Below are positions 58,583 to 60,204 of a DNA stretch of 60,204 nucleotides, one piece after another (the stretch's first letter is position 1; each line of letters opens with the position of its first letter). The notes under the pieces were generated by a model. It worked only from the letters and a program-made list of their open reading frames with translations, did not search any database and was not told the DNA's origin. Made by a program: the position numbers and the translations under genes. Location: assembly GCA_051006215.1 (NCBI GenBank), contig JBPCIO010000151.1:1-60204 (forward strand), given 5' to 3'. Source of the stretch: Chloroflexota bacterium (GTDB taxonomy: Bacteria > Chloroflexota > UBA6077 > CF-72).

Positions 58583-60115
58583 ATGAGCGCAGGCCCGCCG
58601 CCCCAAGACACACCTCCGCCGGCCACCGCCAGCGGACAGCGAAGCGTTGCCGTCGGAGGTGACGTTCGCGATAGCACGGTCATCACCGGCGATTCCAACG
58701 TCATCTATCTCGGCCCCAAGCGCGCGCCAAGGCAGTTGCCGTGGCGGCGGTTGCTCGCGGCGCTGGTCCTGATCCTGGCCAGCGCTACGGCCGTGTACGT
58801 GTTCTACCCGCGTCCTATTCCGACCATGAACGGCGAACTGAACGTGGCGGTGGCTGAATTCGGCGCGCTCGACAGTCGGGGCAGCGCCATTGCGTCGAGT
58901 GACGGGCGCGCGTTGGCCGATTCGCTGTACCAGGGCTTGGTCGGCGAATTGCAGCAAGTCAACCAGGGCGCCGCGGCGTCGGACCCCTTCAAGATCCAGG
59001 TCCAGGGCCCGTCCCAGGTCGGGCGCATTGACGGCAGCACGCCCGACGCTCGCGCAGCCGAGGCCGACAGAGTAGCTACGCCCCGCCGAGCCCACCTGCT
59101 CATCTATGGGTATCTCGAACCAGGCCCCGACGCCACCACGTTTGTGCCCCAGTTCTATCTCCGGGACCTGCAAAATACGCCCGAACTGGAAGGCGAACAC
59201 GGGCTGGGTCGATCTTTGGCCGTACGCTCCCTCGACGATCCGGCTTCACAGCACGAGCTGCGGGTCGACCTCACGCGGCGGGCGAGCGCCTTTGCCCAAT
59301 TCGTGATCGGTCTGAGCCAATTCAGCCTGGACAAGTTCGCCGAGGCGCGCGTGCATTTCACCCAGGCAGCGGACGATTCGCAATGGGAAGACGGAAACGG
59401 CAAGGAAACCCTGTACCTGTTCCTCGGTTACACAGAAGGCAGCCTGAACAACCTGGTTGGTGCCCGAGCAGATTTCGAGCGGGCGCTCGCCATCAATCCC
59501 GAGTTTGCGCGGGCCGAGCTTGCGCTGGGCGAAACTCGGTTCCAGGAATCCCTCGGCAAGCCCGAGGCGTGTGCGAAAGACACACTCGACGTCGCCGGCG
59601 TCCAGGAGGCGGTCAGCATGTTTCAGCGCGCGCTGAGTGCGAAGACGCAGCCACCGCGCTCCAACGTTGCAACCTGGACTGCCCTGGAAATGGGCCGCGC
59701 CTACCTGTGCCTCAGCCAGGCTGATGCCGGCAACTACTGGGCCGACGCCGAACGCGAGATGAACATCGTCGTTGCCGACTACAGCGGTGGCAATGCGTCT
59801 GCAAAAGACATCGCGGCCGAAGCGCACTCCAATCTCGGATTTATCGCCCTCCCAGGGCATTGCGACCCGGACCCAACGGCCAGATACCAGAAGGCGGCAG
59901 CCGAGTACCAGGCTGCCATCAACCTCAGCGCCCTCCATCCCACCCGACAGGGCTTCTACTACGAGATGCTAGGCTTCACTCAGTCCAGATTGGGTGCCCT
60001 GGACGCAGCTAGATCCGCCTATCGCAGCGCCGCAGCGGTCGATTCGACCAATAAGGACCACTACGAACAACTGCTGCAGGGGGTGCAGCCACCGGTGGCG
60101 GAAACGTGTTCGTAG
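58583..60115 (+). CDS. Membrane-anchored TPR-like repeat protein with N-terminal ASGQRSVAVGGDVRDSTVITGD motif
   Basis: ATG 58583 preferred over 58538, which would leave only a 9-bp divergent spacer. TM LLAALVLILASATAVYVFY. C-terminal half has TPR-like helices (ARADFERALAINPEFARAELALG). Confidence 0.6.
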   Translation: MSAGPPPQDTPPPATASGQRSVAVGGDVRDSTVITGDSNVIYLGPKRAPRQLPWRRLLAALVLILASATAVYVFYPRPIPTMNGELNVAVAEFGALDSRGSAIASSDGRALADSLYQGLVGELQQVNQGAAASDPFKIQVQGPSQVGRIDGSTPDARAAEADRVATPRRAHLLIYGYLEPGPDATTFVPQFYLRDLQNTPELEGEHGLGRSLAVRSLDDPASQHELRVDLTRRASAFAQFVIGLSQFSLDKFAEARVHFTQAADDSQWEDGNGKETLYLFLGYTEGSLNNLVGARADFERALAINPEFARAELALGETRFQESLGKPEACAKDTLDVAGVQEAVSMFQRALSAKTQPPRSNVATWTALEMGRAYLCLSQADAGNYWADAEREMNIVVADYSGGNASAKDIAAEAHSNLGFIALPGHCDPDPTARYQKAAAEYQAAINLSALHPTRQGFYYEMLGFTQSRLGALDAARSAYRSAAAVDSTNKDHYEQLLQGVQPPVAETCS

Positions 60116-60163
60116 CATGCATGCCGAGTGGCCGTTGTTACACACATAGGAGGGTCGAAAGCC

Positions 60164-60204
60164 GTGAGATCAGCCGTGATGCTCGCCGCCCTGGCACTGG
60201 CCGT
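60164..60204 (+). CDS. 5' end of a further ORF with a signal-peptide-like start (truncated by the window)
   Basis: GGAGGG RBS, then GTG 60164. VRSAVMLAALALA... Confidence 0.3.
   Translation, partial: MRSAVMLAALALA

Overview
A visibly GC-rich bacterial chromosomal window with Terrabacteria-like content (F420/LLM enzyme, CysO/Mec sulfur-carrier genes, SAM-I and T-box-like leaders, LysM-NlpC/P60). It is mostly housekeeping or accessory metabolism on both strands. Main blocks: two sugar ABC transporters; an oxidative-stress pair (hemerythrin-like protein and HPII catalase); a PoxB-like TPP enzyme with an LLM oxidoreductase; and an exopolysaccharide-type operon (ugd, GH26, GT2-GH26 fusion synthase) beside a REC-CpaE-like ATPase and a divergent CE4 protein. 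Further on come tyrS with an attenuator leader, LysR with a formamidase, a cell-wall hydrolase and an M50 protease. Then mnmA, a Rrf2/E1/CysO/CysM/JAMM operon, a SAM-I riboswitch driving a ThrC-like enzyme plus a second MoaD-like carrier, VanW, NUDIX, larC, pdxST and coaX/coaBC. The features not explained by genes are a family of about 400-bp palindromic MITE-like elements (two full copies in direct orientation bracketing four genes, plus a solo unit and a mini copy), several operator-like palindromes or direct repeats, an apparent 5' frameshift in the LLM gene, and a divergent gene pair sharing a Gly-rich motif. Many long ORFs in the six-frame track are antisense or alternative-frame artefacts of high GC. 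All functional calls rest on motif recognition by eye. No searches were run.
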